DNA from: Lytechinus pictus
Lineage: Eukaryota
Assembly (NCBI RefSeq): GCF_037042905.1
Contig: NC_087245.1
Coordinates: forward strand, 23,996,001 to 24,060,000
Length of the DNA stretch: 64,000 nt
Reading direction: 5' to 3'
Shown here: piece by piece, positions 24,685 to 38,515 of the stretch
Numbering within the stretch: the first letter of the stretch is position 1
How the letters are laid out: each line of letters opens with the position of its first letter
The notes under the pieces: generated by a model
Told to the model about the DNA's origin: nothing
What the model saw: the letters and a program-made list of their open reading frames with translations, nothing else
The model's database searches: none
Made by a program: the position numbers and the translations under genes

Positions 24685-27600
24685 CTTTTTCCTCCTCTCT
24701 CGTAGGTGATCCCTCCACTGTTTTGGAGATTCTCAGAAACGAATAGATTAATTCCAGTCCGATAAGTTAGGGATTCAACATCAGATTGGAGCGGTGGTCA
24801 TGAATTTTATGTAGAAAAAGAGAGATTTGAGGAGCAGACTATTATTCACTTCGAAAGGGAGACCGGGTTGATGGGTATATAGGGTGGCACAGGAAAATTG
24901 GTGTGGATCATCAACTGTATACAAATCCATGTAATCTGGGTGGTCGGTGAGACACTCCTCGACTCTGCGTATGAAGTCTTGGCGGAGGTGACCAAGAGAG
25001 GAGCAAGATCCGACAAAGTATTCTACTGTCTCATCATAAGAGTCACAAAGGGGGCAAATACGGGTGGATGACTTTCCTAATGTGTAGAGGCGACATTGAG
25101 TTAGGTACGTGGACGAAAGCAATTGGGCTCTGACAATGAGCGCATAACGGATGACAGGGGAATGTGTGGTCTTCGGATAAATGAGATTGGTGGAGGGCGG
25201 GATGTGATCGATCCAGAACTTGAGAGAAGACTTCGCACGAATGCCCTGTGCAACGAGATTATTGACGGCAGTATAGATATTGTACTTAACCAGTTTCTTA
25301 AAGGTGGAGTAAGGAAGTGGTTTCGAGATATTGGTGTGAAGATCAGGAAGGTCATACTTTCTCAACGTGTCCTAGATGATTTGGATAGTTGGAGTCCATG
25401 CTCCGAGAGCTGCTAGAAATGTCAGGTATTCAAAACGGTTGTGATCCAAATTGGAGAGTTGGCCGAAAAGGAGCAATCTATCGAGATCTATCTGGATGGA
25501 GAGAGGCAAGAGGTTGGTGAGAAGATATATTATCTCGTCTGCAGCTGTTATTGGGACTCCAAGAACCCTCTTGAATAGGTGCGTTTGAGCTTTGTCGAGC
25601 TTCTGTAGCATGGATTTAGTGAGCTTGGTTATAGAAGCGCCATGCAACATCCTTGGAATACAGAAGGTTCGCCAAAGGTGTGCGACCAACATGGGGGTGA
25701 GGCCGCCAGTATATGCCCCAGAGCCAGACAGGGAGTAGAATGCTTGAAGGCCAGTTCCGATTATGCTGTCGGTCGGGTCGGACCGAGAACCGGATTTTGA
25801 GATCCCAAGGTGGAGATGACTGGTTTTTACATCAACAATACTTCCATTGACTGTCCACGAGGATCTTGTGGGATATTTGGTGTTGTTGAAGACAATCACT
25901 GCAGTTTTGGGAGGGTTGATTTTGTAGTGCCAGAGCCCTGCATAGATGAATGTGGCATCAAGCATCAGCTGAAACTCGTCTGGAGAGTTGGCAACCTGTG
26001 CGACGTCATCCGCAAGAACAACAACACCAGAGAATCGGCCGTCTATTGAGCTGCCGAGGTTCTTCTCTCGCAGCTCCTTGATCAGACCGTCCACAAAAGC
26101 TGTGTAGAGTAAAGGAGACAGGACCCCTCCTTGACGTACGCCTTGGGTGATGGGGATTGGGTTACTGGCTGCATCCTTCCAGAAGACATTCCTTTCAATC
26201 CCATGGTACATTGATTCCAATATGTCCTGAATACTGGTGTCTAGATGAGATGACTTAAGCTTCTCGAAGAGCCCTCTATTCCACACGGTGTCAAAGACCT
26301 TCTCTACATCCAAGAGAGCAAGATATGTAGGGAGTTTATGTGCAGTGTTCAGTTCGATGATGGATGTGAGGGCACATGAAAATCCCATTCTGAAGCCAAA
26401 CTGGAGTTCATCGGGTGTGTCGCTGATGTAGAGCTGACGTATCAGTTGTGGTTTGAGGCAGAGTTCTAGAAGTTTGCATAGGACAGATGTAAGAGTAATG
26501 GCTCTGTAGTTCCTTGGGTCATGTGAATCCTTCCCTTTACCCTTGTTGAGAGGGAGAATGAGGCCTTGCTTGAAGATTTTCGGGCAGTGGGCATGATGTA
26601 GGAAGGTGTTGAACAGGGCAAGTAGAAGACGACGAGCTGTGTCCAGGTGCTTCAGATGTTCAGGAGAAACATTGTCCTCGCCAGCAGCCTTGCCCAACTT
26701 TAGGTGCTTGATAGCCTCATCCAGGTCTTGTGATGTAAGTTGGATACCATGTCTTAACTCAGGAGCAGAGGAATCCTCATGGGGCAGGAAAACTGCCGGA
26801 GATTGTCCTTGAGCGGAGCTTATGTGAGAGGCGTTGGAGCCATCAGAGAAAAGGGCAGTGAAGAAGCATTTCATCACCTTTGTAATCATGGTCGCCGTAG
26901 GAGAGATGATTAACTTCACAATGCAAAGAGTCCGAGCCACGATTCATTTTGACAAGACGATAAAATAGCTTGTTGTTTGACGCAGATGCAGATTCAATTT
27001 CAGAGAGAAGATTGTTCCTCAAATGCGCTCTGGACTGTCGTAAGCACTTTCTGAAGGACTTTTTTGCGATGATGCGGTCTTCATTGGCCTGGTCCTTGTT
27101 GGTGGTTTCAGTCAGTAGCCAGGTCTTCCGAGACTCCTTAGCCAGCTTATAAGCCTGACTAACCTCATCATTCCATTCTGCCTTCCCTTTCTTCTTCCCA
27201 TTTGGGAGGGTGTGTGGCAGATTCACGGAGTAAGAGACCATGAAATCAGAAAATGAAGACAGCAAGTTCTCAGCCTCTGAGAGAGGAATATGATCTATGT
27301 TACTGAGACTGCGGAACAGATTCAGAGATATCTTCTCCATTGGGACTGTATACATCTCCTCGATGGTAGCCTGGTCTACGTCCTGCCACTTAACTTTGAG
27401 TCGTTGGATCGAGGAGAGGATTTGGGAGTGTAACGTGCAGCGATCAGAGTAGCAGACTTCATACGAACGGGATGCAATGATCAGAAGATGGTCAGAGGTA
27501 TTGGTTGGGTCATCTTTCACAGTTGAGATGTTGCTAAAAAGATGTTCATCTCTGGAAGGAGCAAGGATAGTATCAATACACGACTTGTGTCTCCCATCGT

Positions 27601-28880
27601 CGGACTAAAAGGTGTAGGTGTCGGAGCTAAAATGACTAGAGGTGAGACAACAGAGGTTCTCTCGAGTCAGGAAATCCTGAAGGATAGCAAGAGTCTTCTT
27701 GGTGTTAGGGTGAATTATATCCACGTTGATGTCTCCCACAATGATGGCAGAAGTGCTCTTAGTGCTCTCAAGTAGGTATGAGAGGTGTGAAGGCAGGAAT
27801 GGTATTCATTTTGATCTGCGTTGGACACTCCACAGGGTAGGTAGCAACTCACAAAGGTGAACGTTTCTGTGGATTCCTTAACCTTGACATGAGCAGCAAG
27901 TAATCTAGGCGACGGGCATTTGATTTCCCAGCAGACCATAACAAGAGATTTCCTGACAAAAATGGCTAAACCACCTTTCCCACGTTGCGTGCGGAGATCA
28001 AGTGAGCCATTGATTCTATCGGCTGGCTTGTGGAGAACGAGATGCTCATTAGAAACACTGTTCAACTTGGGGCAGTTTTGGGCGAGGAGCCAATGTTCTT
28101 GAATAGCCAAGATGTCGAGATGGAGAAGTTGCTCTTTAACGAACGCAACAATGGTGTTAAACCCCCTTACGTTCATTGCACCGAGGGAGAGATTTCTGCA
28201 GATGAGTGTTCTCTTTGGATGGGAGTACAAGTTTATTGGTCTGGGAGGAGTGCGGTCATTTCTGGTGTGGGGGGAGGGCCCATGATCCAAACTTTTTGAG
28301 GGGGCTGTGCGGTTTAGTTGCGTTGAACTTGTGTGTGGCACAATAATTTCATGCTTGACTGAGTGCATTCTATCACTTGCTCGTACAGAATCTTGATTTC
28401 TCCTGCGATCACAGGGTCTTGTCTTGCCTCCGGGAAAGCCATTAGATGTAAGGCTGCCATGAGAGAGTAGTGGGCCCTTTCCAGGAGAGTGATGGGTGAG
28501 GTTTGAGGCCCGACCATGCCGAAAACCCTGAACGGAGGGAGCATGCATGAGGAAGACCATCAGGGTGGACGTTGCCATTGGCGGAAGAGCTTGAAGTCCC
28601 AGGGGAGGGATCATGACGATTAGTAGAGAGGGGCAGGGTATCAGGATCCTTCGAGGGTTCTTTAATGACATGTTGGTTTGTAGCACTAGAGGCAGGATCA
28701 GTGTGTGGAGTAATACTAACTTTTGGTTCACAGATATTATCCTCTACAGGAATTGTGGTAGGGAAGGGCTCATCAGGAGAAGAGGCCTGCTGTTGATCAT
28801 CATCGGATGAGAAAATCCGAACTTCATGAGAAGCATCCGTCGAGAAATCGCCATTTTTGCCAGCACAGTTCTTCCAACGA
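24685..28880 (-). mobile_element. Decayed non-LTR retrotransposon (APE endonuclease, RT, C-terminal Cys knuckle; RTEX/Proto2-like), 5'-truncated within a putative ORF1
   Basis: APE motifs MNVRG, DILAIQEHWL, KGGLAIFVRK and SCYLP. RT motifs KAAGED, YRAITLTS, QFGFR, QGVRQGGVLSP and LADD. C-terminal CPLC...ETVEYFVGSC. ORF2 is split into four pieces (27715-28731, 26843-27520, 25372-26940, 24781-25365) by frameshifts and a stop. Ends are approximate. Confidence 0.92.
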
Positions 28881-29296
28881 ACAAGTATGTAAAATGTGAT
28901 ACCAACCGATTTAATGGAATTTTAACATCCATATGAAACAATTCTCTTACTTTCGTCTGCTTGAATTATTTTTTTTTAAGCTTTACAAAACCATCGTGTG
29001 CAAATTCAGATCACACTTAAGTTTTTTTATGACAGATTTTTTTCAGCTGAGCGCGCACTAGTCGATCGCCATAAAATGTTTACATCGCGAGATAGGCGAA
29101 ACCCTTGACCTGTTTTATTATTCCGTCGAGCGATTTTGACTCCTAGGATCTTGCCTTCCGTTTGTATTTATGATATTAGTTTAGTTTTTGTATGAATTGT
29201 GATTTTTTTTCGATTAAATATCAAGTTTAAGACAATTTTTAAATGTGCACAAATTATGACCACCCCATCATACTTACCTGACAGTTTGATGATGGG

Positions 29297-30719
29297 CACT
29301 GGCGCAAATCCCGGGGGGATGGGGGGGATATATCCCCCCCCCCCCCACTTTTCGAGGAGGGGGGATGGCCTGTACAAACATCCTCCCCACTTTTTACGAA
29401 AGAAATGAAAAAAAAATCACAAGAGATAATTGTTTCATTGGTGAAAATTCTTCCAAAAATACCGCTTAACAAATAAAATAATATTATTGAATCATAAAAT
29501 GCAAATAAAGAGCCAGTTCACCATTTCCAAACGAAATACTTCCAATTCATCAATGTTGGGGTCTTTGGGAAGGGATTAAGATGGAATGTCAAAAATTTTT
29601 GAATGTAATCTCTAATAAACCATTAAACCATCATGGGGTAAAAAAGATAATAATATTGGAGGGGTATTTGCCATATGGACATACAGTGGCGTAACTACGG
29701 GGGACATGGGGGGCACATCCCCCCCCCCCCCCATCGGCTGACCAAAAACAAAACGGGGAAAGGGGGAAAAGGAGAAAAGAGGGAGAAAGGAAGAGAAACG
29801 TAGTGGAAAAGAAAAAAATATTATTCATTATAATGTTATATTATATTATAATTATGTTAACTTACATTACATAAGAAACATTTTTATCATAACTTTATGA
29901 AACATAATTTGCCCAGGGCCTACGTCTCAATTGTTCCTGGTGCTCGCATTGTCTGTTTAACGAGATATATAATCCTGTTGTACCAAAACATCCCGTTTTC
30001 AAGTCAATATAAACCAAATATATTTCCTAGCACTTGAGTTATCATTGTTTTATGTAGTGACATATGCTTTTTTTTCATGACTCAAAAGTGATTGCCCCAT
30101 GTTAAGGTCTTCGTATATATGAAACATTTCCTGTCCGTGATTACGTTCGCATTTTTCATGGATTGGTGAGATATGTCTGCTCTTCATGAATTCCTAAAAT
30201 CAGTCCTTAAAATGTCCCTTCTTCTGATCTGAATATCAAAAATTTTCAGCTCGCGCTTCGCGCTCGCATCATTTGGTTAATGAAATACGTATGGTCCTGG
30301 TTATTCCTACAAAGAAAACTTAGAATGCCCCACTTCAGGTCTGAATTATCTAAGTTTTCAGCTCGCGCTCGCATTGTTAAGCGAGACAGGTACCTATCAT
30401 GATTACACAAATTTGATTATAATGTCCCTTTTTAGATGTGAATATAAAAAAAATTCAGCTCGCGCTTCGCGCTCGCATTATTTGATGAGTGAGATACATA
30501 TCCGTTTAATGACATTGTCCTTAAAATGTCTCTATTAAATCACTCACTCAGTCATTCAAAAATTTTGCTGGTGCCCCCCCCCCCCAATGCCGTGACACAC
30601 GGTACGCCACTGTGGACATATCAATGACAATTCCTTGCATATCTAAAAACATGATTGCAAAAAAATGCCAAAATATTTCAGTCATCCCCCCCACCCATCA
30701 ACACGGATTTACGCCAGTG
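29297..30719. mobile_element. hAT-like non-autonomous element (host of a nested element)
   Basis: TIR CACTGGCGCAAATCC / GGATTTACGCCAGTG. 8-bp TSD ATGATGGG at 29289-29296 and 30720-30727. Confidence 0.88.
29684..30612. mobile_element. hAT-like element nested in 29297-30719; same family as 59089-60286
   Basis: CAGTGGCGTA...TACGCCACTG, 8-bp TSD TGGACATA. Confidence 0.9.
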
Positions 30720-31250
30720 ATGATGGGCACCTTGCACCAATTGGAATTGGTGATCACCCTTGCCGTAGAAATGAAAATCGAAAGGGCCTCTAAAATCCAC
30801 GGCAAGCCGACGGGCGGTAATAATAGTACGGGGCCATTTGTATTTGTGACCTATATAGGCATAACACAGAACAAATAAAAATCAATAAATCAAACTGGCG
30901 ATAGAAAGAAATTTTACGAGAAAGATATGACAACAATGAAAAAAAATGAAACATTTAAGGAGGGCGGAGGGGGTACACCTTTTAGACAAACTTTGCCAAA
31001 GACTAGATTTTTGCATAATTCAAGTCATGTACGTAATTCGCTAAACTGCCGATTCGTCTTTTGCCAACTCGTCCACTTATCTCATGGTCTATCTTCATTT
31101 AGTCCAATACCATTCTGTCCATTTGATCCAATAATCACTTAATTTAATCACCAGTTCATCTAGACCATTTCGTCTAGTAACCAGTTGTTCTAATATCCAT
31201 GAATTAATTTCGCCCAACATTTAGTCCAATTACACAAAATTTTATATGGC

Positions 31251-31529
31251 TATAATAATAATATGCGACATTTATATAGCACTTAATAAAAATGACATTT
31301 GTCTCTAGGCGCTGCATACTATTACCCAGGTTTTAGCACGGCTATCCTGATCGGACGCTCGAGCATTCAAGGAATTCCTTCCTACCGGGTACCCATTTAC
31401 TACACCTGGTTGGAGAGTGGCAAATGTAGATAAACGCCTTGCCAAAGGACGCGAGTGCTGAGGTGGGATTTGAACCCCGGAACTTGTAGTTCAAAGTCCA
31501 GAGACTTATCCACTCAGCCACAACCACTC
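31251..31529 (-). mobile_element. tRNA-derived SINE with a Deu/Nin-like core and an L2-type 3' tail
   Basis: A box TGGCTGAGTGG, B box GGTTCAAATCC, core CTCCAACCAGGTGTAGTAAATGGGTACC, tail GCGCCTAGAG...GTGCTATATAAAT...(TAT)n. Confidence 0.82.
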
Positions 31530-32653
31530 TACAACTGGTTATCAGACGAAATTGTGAGTGGACGAAATGGCAATTAGACTATGCGGATAGTGAACGAACT
31601 AATGTTAGACCAAATGATAGTAGACGAGTTGCTTATTGGACGAATCGGCATTAGACCAATTGGAAATAAACCTAATATCAACCAACGCGAATTCGAAAAT
31701 CAATGTATGATGTTATTGAGAAAGTTTTAAGAAATATTATCAGAAATATTCTTTGTCAAATTCATTCAGACGGTGGGATAGGTTTTAAAATGGGAATGAT
31801 TTTCCCGAAGAAAAAAATCAGATTTGTACTCAGTAAGATGGCAACTTTCATCCACAATGACCTAAAAGGATAGGATGGTGGTGGTGGGGGGGGGGGGGGG
31901 TGTGATACTATTCATCGTCTCAATAAAGCACCAAATTGCCCCTACTCCCAGTGGTCATGGGAAGCACAAGGTTAGAAAATGTAATGACAACGGACTTGAA
32001 GATTTTTTTTTTGCCTAAATGTTTGTGAAAGCAGGGGGGGGGGGCAGCAAGTTATTTTTATCTCAGAGTTTACATAGTGAGCCTATATACAGGTAATTGT
32101 GATTTTTTTTATTACAGAACGTTAAGTATATAATTTCCGCATTCTTTTTAAGCCGATGAACTGTTTTCAGTTTAAATTTGTTTTCGAGAATGCACAAGGT
32201 AAATTTACACGACGAGTGTGTGACGAGTGGGTTACGCATGGTATAGTATGGGAACCCCTAGATCCCACAAACATAGTCTGTCAAAACTTGAAATAATGAC
32301 AATAATATTACTTTGTTTTACAAGTAACCTGAAATAATATGTCGCATTCACGATATATCTAATTTCCGTGAGCAGATATAAGTTTTCATTTAAATTCGAT
32401 CTGTTATGAGCTGCGGGGTGTATACACCCCTGTTTAAAGCTTCTATTCTCGAAAAAAAAAATCAAAAGCTTTAAAATTTGAAGAAGAAACACTGAATTAT
32501 TTGAAATCAAACGTCAACGTAATGATATCGTCCCTTAATGAAATGGTGTCTGTATTGTTATCTGGAAATTAAATCAAGTTAAGAATTAATGAAGCAACAT
32601 TGGATTTCAGTGTTATTGCAGAAATCTGTGTTATTCAACCTACGTTTGCTATA

Positions 32654-33472
32654 CAGTGCGTCCCAGAAAAAACGAAACCGAGATTTAGAGATAATTTATC
32701 ATAACTTAATCATAAATACAATATACAAATGACCTACCAATGTAAAGCTTAGAATCTCCTCTTTCATCTGATGTAACTTAGATTATTCCCCATTCACGCA
32801 TGAGTGAGCAAAAACAATTAGAAGAAAGGATACCAAAAACTCATTTGGCGGGGGGTATCTGAATTTCAAAAAGAAAATCACATGACTAAGAAGTTCAATA
32901 TCTGCTCTTTTGTTTGATACCTTAATCACAGAAAATGGTCAAGAAGTAAAAAAGTTATGATCTCTCGAAACAATGCTTGTATTTCAATAATTTCATTGAA
33001 TAAACGTGTTTTCACTGGTTTCCCACAGAAGCTATCGCACGGTAACAAAAGACTTAATGCATGGCTGATCGTCAACAAAACGGAGTGTCGAGTGAGTTTG
33101 AATGCTAGCCTGTAAAACCTCTTCATTTTATGAAATTATTGAAATTCAAGCCTTATTTCAAATAACCTGAACTTAGTTATTTCTTGACAATTTTCTGTAA
33201 TTGAGGTATCAAATTAAAGAGCAGATGTTGAACGTTTTAAAAATGTGGTTTTCTTTTTAAAACCCAGATACGGCCCGCCAAGTGGCTTTTTGGTATCCCC
33301 TTTTCAAATTGTTTTTGCTCACTCATGCGTGAATGAGAAATAATCTAAGTAATTTCAGATGAAAGAGGAGATTCTAAGCTTTAAAATGGTAGGAAATTTG
33401 TCTATTGTATTTGTGATTAAGTTATGATAAATCATCGATAAATCTCGGTTTCGTTTTTTGTGGGACGCACTG
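32654..33472. mobile_element. Tc1/mariner-like MITE with long TIRs (about 300 bp or more)
   Basis: TA|CAGTGCGTCCCA.AAAAAACGAAACCGAGATTT...AAATCTCGGTTTCGTTTTTT.TGGGACGCACTG|TA. Confidence 0.92.
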
Positions 33473-33696
33473 TATACATGTACTTCAATATAGGGGAAGT
33501 ACAGTTCATTGAATATGATAAATATTCAATCTAGGTACCATACAAGAATAGAAATCAAATTTGACAAACATATTTGGCAATTAAGTTGAACAAACGCTAT
33601 GGGGGCGACGAGTACACAATATGAATAACAGTCACGTAATTTTCAATTGATATATAAAAATAGTTACAAACAATATTTTACAAATATTCCGTATAT

Positions 33697-34519
33697 GAAG
33701 AGCTCACTTGCAAAAGGGGTTAGGTCCATTTTTAATCAAATTTGATTTTTATGTCTTAATGTATAGATGTTTAGTAGCTCTATAAGATGATACCAAAGAA
33801 AAGTTGAAATTCCTATTAAAAAGTGAACTAAAATGGCAAAGAAAAATCACTTTTTTTTCAAAAGGGGTTAGGTCAATTTCAGTTTAGTTGCAAAAGGGGT
33901 TAGGTCCACACAGATTTTTTTTTGGAAAAGAATATCTTTAAAAATATGAAGGCAGGTAGATTTCTCTTATACCCAATTTTATGTTCTCATGGTAGGGTAT
34001 CATGAAAATTCAGTTTCGCGTAAGAATATTGCAATATGGGAGAATTAAAAAAATGATTTTGTTGGAGTGGACCTAACCTCTTTTGCAACTAAACTCTTCT
34101 GAAGAACTCATTTGTCAAACGGGGTTAGGTCCGTTTTTCATAAATGTTATTGTTTTCTGTCTCTAAACCTTTAAATTTTTAGTCACTCTGATGATACCAA
34201 AGACAACTTAAAATTCTAATGAAAACGTGAATGAAAGTGGCAAAGAAAACTCATTTTTTTAATCAAAAGAGATTGGATTCATTTCATTTTACTTGCAAAA
34301 GGGGTTAGGTCCACAATGATACTTTTTTGAAAATATATATATATATAAATTGAAGACAGGTAGATTTCTTTTAAACCCAATTTTATGTTCACATGATAAG
34401 GTAGTACATCATGACAATTTATTTTCTCATAAGATTATTGCAATAAGTGAGAATAAAAAACATGTTTTTTCTCGGAATGGTCCAAAGTGGACCTAACTCC
34501 TTTTGCAACTAAACTCTTC
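33697..34519. mobile_element. Head-to-tail dimer of a TIR element of about 410 bp with 4-bp ATAT flanks (Sola-like, tentative)
   Basis: Units 33697-34099 and 34101-34519, each GAAGA...TTGCAAAAGGGGTTAGGTCC ... GGACCTAAC..CTTTTGCAACTAAACTCTTC. Confidence 0.78.
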
Positions 34520-34671
34520 ATATAGTTTGTGTAACATTTTAGACGACTGATCTGCAGTTTGACCATGGCATGTTTACTATGAGTTCAATACCTATTATGA
34601 TACAAACTGTGACACATATTTCAAGAAGACAGATAGTATAGTTGCTTAAGTGAGATTGGTTAAACAAGATT

Positions 34672-34825
34672 TAATAATAAAAGTAATAATGATAATAAAA
34701 ATATTACTACTACTACTGCTACTACTACTACTACTACTATTGATGATAATAATAATGATAATACTAATAACAATTATAATGATAATAATTATTGTATTAA
34801 TATTATTAATTATAATAGTAATAGT
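34672..34825. repeat. (ATA/CTA)n degenerate microsatellite
   Basis: Visible directly in the sequence. Confidence 0.9.
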
Positions 34826-37540
34826 GGCAACTTACAACTCGTCCAAGAAAAAATGTCCCTCTGGCATAGGGCTGCATTAATTCCAAAATATGGTATTATT
34901 CTAAACTAAATGTATAGGACTAGAAAGGTTATTTCATAATTTTATGAAAATTTCATTGGTCTCGCTTCAGCATTTTTGAATACAAACTCTGTTACGTAAC
35001 AGTGGTGCATTTCAGCTTATTCCAAGTTTGCATCACTGCCGTATTCGGTATTTCTGTATTGTCCTTGGCATGTTAACCCCCATTGTTACATCTAGGAGAT
35101 GAGCAGGGACATTTCCCTGATCTATCCAGGCTCATCAAATCAAACACTTGACCGTGTTTAGAAGGGCATGAAACATCCAGAATGAAGTTTGTTTGATGAT
35201 TGATAGGGGAATCAGCGCAAGAAAATTTAAATGATGGATAAGTACTATTAGGTGTACAATGAAGGCAAACCACAAGTGTATCACGCTTTGCGATAGCGAA
35301 CATTACTAGCGGAAATAAACTTTTTTATTCAAACAAGCACATTTACAGTGAATTAATTTGACCTTAACTTGACGTAATTTAGTAACAAAAATAACAAGGA
35401 GAACAAGCTGTCCATCAAGAATATTGGAAAACTCGTCCAAGAAAGTCTGAAACTGTGTTAGACTATAGGTGGACGATACATATTGATGAGACGCAACAAA
35501 AGATTGTTGGGGGAGGGAGGGGGGGGGGATGAAATAAGAAAAAAAAGCATAAAAGCTAGGTCCCTAGATCTTAACCTAAAGAGCGACAAAGATGCTGAAG
35601 TTTCATTTTTTGTGTCCGATTTTTCGTATTTGATTGAATTCGACGGATGAATCATGTTATTCTGAAATATTTTTTTCCTCCGTGATAAACCATTGTTGGC
35701 TGATTATGCATAATACCAAGGAGGAAGACTAGAGCCACTATTTAAAGGTGAAAAGAGGACAGAGTGGGGGGGGGGGGACATTTTAGCAAAATCTTTCAAA
35801 GGCATTGGGCTTCTATTTTTATTAGAACTCTTGACATCTTCAGGCTTCAAAAGTGAATCTTTGAGGGTATTTCTTCCACCTCCCGCCGCACATTTTCATA
35901 AATAATTAATTCAGACGCATAAATTCAGTTCGCTTTATTGTTTATCCTTTAATTTGATTTCGACAATCAAACTTTTCTACACCAGCGAATACAGATATAA
36001 ACTTATCACGGAAATGTGATTAACATTGCACATAAATCCTCAACATAATAAAAACTGCATTATTTCAGAAAAATACGACATAGGTCATGGGCCTGGGGAT
36101 GATTTTTGAAGTTGGTGCTGGTTTGTAACAAAAATTATATGACATGCAAAAATAGGTATTCACATTCTACATTTTAGAATACCAACCTGATTTCCAGGGG
36201 GAGCTGCCCAAGGTGATGCCTATGCAGCACCCCAGACAAATCTTGGGGGTGCTTCAGCACCCTCGCTTCCCAGGGCCATGATGACATAGATGTGAAAGTT
36301 TGGAAAGGGACGAAAAAGATGAGACTGAAAAGGGAAAGAAATGGAACAAGAGACAAAAGGACAAGATCGAGTTATAAATGCTTGGAAGGAGAGGATATTA
36401 TATGGATAGCAAAGATGAGACGGAAATTAAAACAAAAAAGAAAAATCTAAAGGAAGAAAAGGCTTAAAAAACGTTTAACATCATAAAAACAAGCCCAGAT
36501 CGGACTAATTATAAAAAAATAATGGTAAGAAAAAGCAAAACAATAAACTCAACGTTTGTTTAATAGTATCGTCCTGTACAAAAGTATATATAAAAAAATA
36601 TATATTGTTTATATTTACATTCTGAGTTGTGTTTTCACAGCTCAATCTTCAGGGGGCAACCTTATATAAGTTTCTGGTCATCGGCACGATCAGTTGATTT
36701 TCTGCAATAAGCATGATAAGTTCGTAGTGTTGTAAAACTGATGCACTTTTTATATAGTTTCTTATTTATCCCTTTTGATTTGTACTGCCTAATACATTGC
36801 AGAGTATCATACAGGTATAAGCTTATCGATTTTGATTTGTATTACCTCCTACTTTGTAGAGTGTACAGTTGTACATACACACATTTATATACATTCTATT
36901 GAATGACAAATTAAATCAAACAAATATTATATGAAAAGATATTACATCGTCTAATTGTGATGTATTGCTGTTTTGAATTGTACTATGTGAATTAAAACAT
37001 GTGATAGAGAGAGAATGGTTGAATAGATTGGTGATTTCAATGAGCTAATAGCACTAATTTATCTACAAAATTGTGACCAGACGTCCTCAAAAGAAACAAT
37101 ATTACAGCAAAAATGCACCTTTTTTGTGAATTTGAGCAGTCCATTTTTTGTCTTTTTGTCCAGCATAACGTTTAAATTAAAGATTGATATCAGTATTAGT
37201 CCCTAACTGGCAATAAATCATTGTATGCATGTATAACTAGTCAATACAACATTTTGAATACAGCAAATGATAGGCATAATTGTCCTTTTCAATGTAAGAA
37301 TGTTCAAGAAAACGAAATATATGTTAAAACTGGTAACAAATATATGCAACCCGAGTAGAAAACTTCACAGCTCGTAAAATACTAAGCTATGCACGTTCAA
37401 TTTTACTCCTCTTCCGTATTCCAGTGTTAGTTGTTCCTTTTCTGACAAGTTTTAGGATATATCTTGCAACATACACACATCAGTTTGCCCTCATGTAAGG
37501 CTTTCGTAAACGCGACGTAAAGAACATGTATTTCAATCGT

Positions 37541-38515
37541 TCACACATGCTGAGGTTTGGGTTTTTCATCCTTCGTCTTTTCACGTTTCTTGTTACGTCT
37601 TCTTTGAAGCACAGGACGAAAAACAAATACGGCAAGGAACAAACCGATGGCAAAGAGTGCAATGGAGGCAATGGTCAATACAACAATGAGCGTTATGATC
37701 TCTGGAGGAAATCCTCCAGAGGGAGCAACCTGTTCTACTTCTGGACCCTCCTTATCGGTATCTTGTCCACTTTGGAAGAACTTTTTCGGCTTCTCCGTTA
37801 TGTCTGGAATAAGCGGCGTAGAAGCGATGCAGAGACTGGTGTAAGAGACAATGTGTGTATCAGCCCTTGATGAAGGCTGTTTACAAGTCACTCCTTTGTT
37901 AGAAATCGATATCAATGTCTCACGGAAGTGGTCCAAGGAACAGTCACAGTTCCAAGGATTACCCTTAGCGTCTATCTCGTCCAGGGAGGCAAGTTCGTGC
38001 TGTTCCAAAGGAAGGGTTGTCAGATCGTTGCTTGAGATGTTGAGGGAGGTAAGCTCGCTGAAGGAAAAGGTACCTGCAGATATGCTTGTCAAACCGTTGG
38101 AGGCTACATTAATCGTCTTCAAGTTCCTCAGACCTTGGAACGTGTCTCTTGACAGTACGCGGAGCTGGTTCCTTGAGAGGTCAATGTATTTTAGTCCTGC
38201 AACACCTCTGAATGTGCTACCTGAGATTTCCTGTAGTCTGTTGCCAGCCAGCAGCAGTCGTTGCAATTTAGATAGACCATGGAAGACACCCTCATCCAGA
38301 TGATCCAACTGGTTGTCATCCAAGTACAGCATCTCAATCTGAGGTACTTCCTGAAAGACCCCCGACTCTATTGTTTCGATCCGGTTACCTGTCAGATACA
38401 CCCATCTCAGGCTATCCGTATCATTTAAGGAGTGTTCTGGTAGTACAGTGATGACATTGAACATGAGATTGATGCTTTTCAGCCGTTTAGCTCCGCCGAA
38501 AGAGTTTGCCTGTAC
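37541..38515 (-). CDS. LRR transmembrane receptor B, coding exon 2 (LRRs, LRRCT, stalk, TM, short basic tail)
   Basis: Acceptor TTTTTTTGTTTTCTATATTCACAG|GTA. Splicing restores a continuous repeat LKYLQILGSQVTT|VQANSFGGAKRL. NPWNCDC cap, TM IITLIVVLTIASIALFAIGLFLAVFVF, tail RPVLQRRRNKKREKTKDEKPKPQHV*. Confidence 0.92.
   Translation of the reverse strand, partial: VQANSFGGAKRLKSINLMFNVITVLPEHSLNDTDSLRWVYLTGNRIETIESGVFQEVPQIEMLYLDDNQLDHLDEGVFHGLSKLQRLLLAGNRLQEISGSTFRGVAGLKYIDLSRNQLRVLSRDTFQGLRNLKTINVASNGLTSISAGTFSFSELTSLNISSNDLTTLPLEQHELASLDEIDAKGNPWNCDCSLDHFRETLISISNKGVTCKQPSSRADTHIVSYTSLCIASTPLIPDITEKPKKFFQSGQDTDKEGPEVEQVAPSGGFPPEIITLIVVLTIASIALFAIGLFLAVFVFRPVLQRRRNKKREKTKDEKPKPQHV

Noticed and set aside
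34650..34880. Hydrophobic Leu/Ile-rich ORF resembling a membrane peptide
   Set aside because: It is a microsatellite translation.
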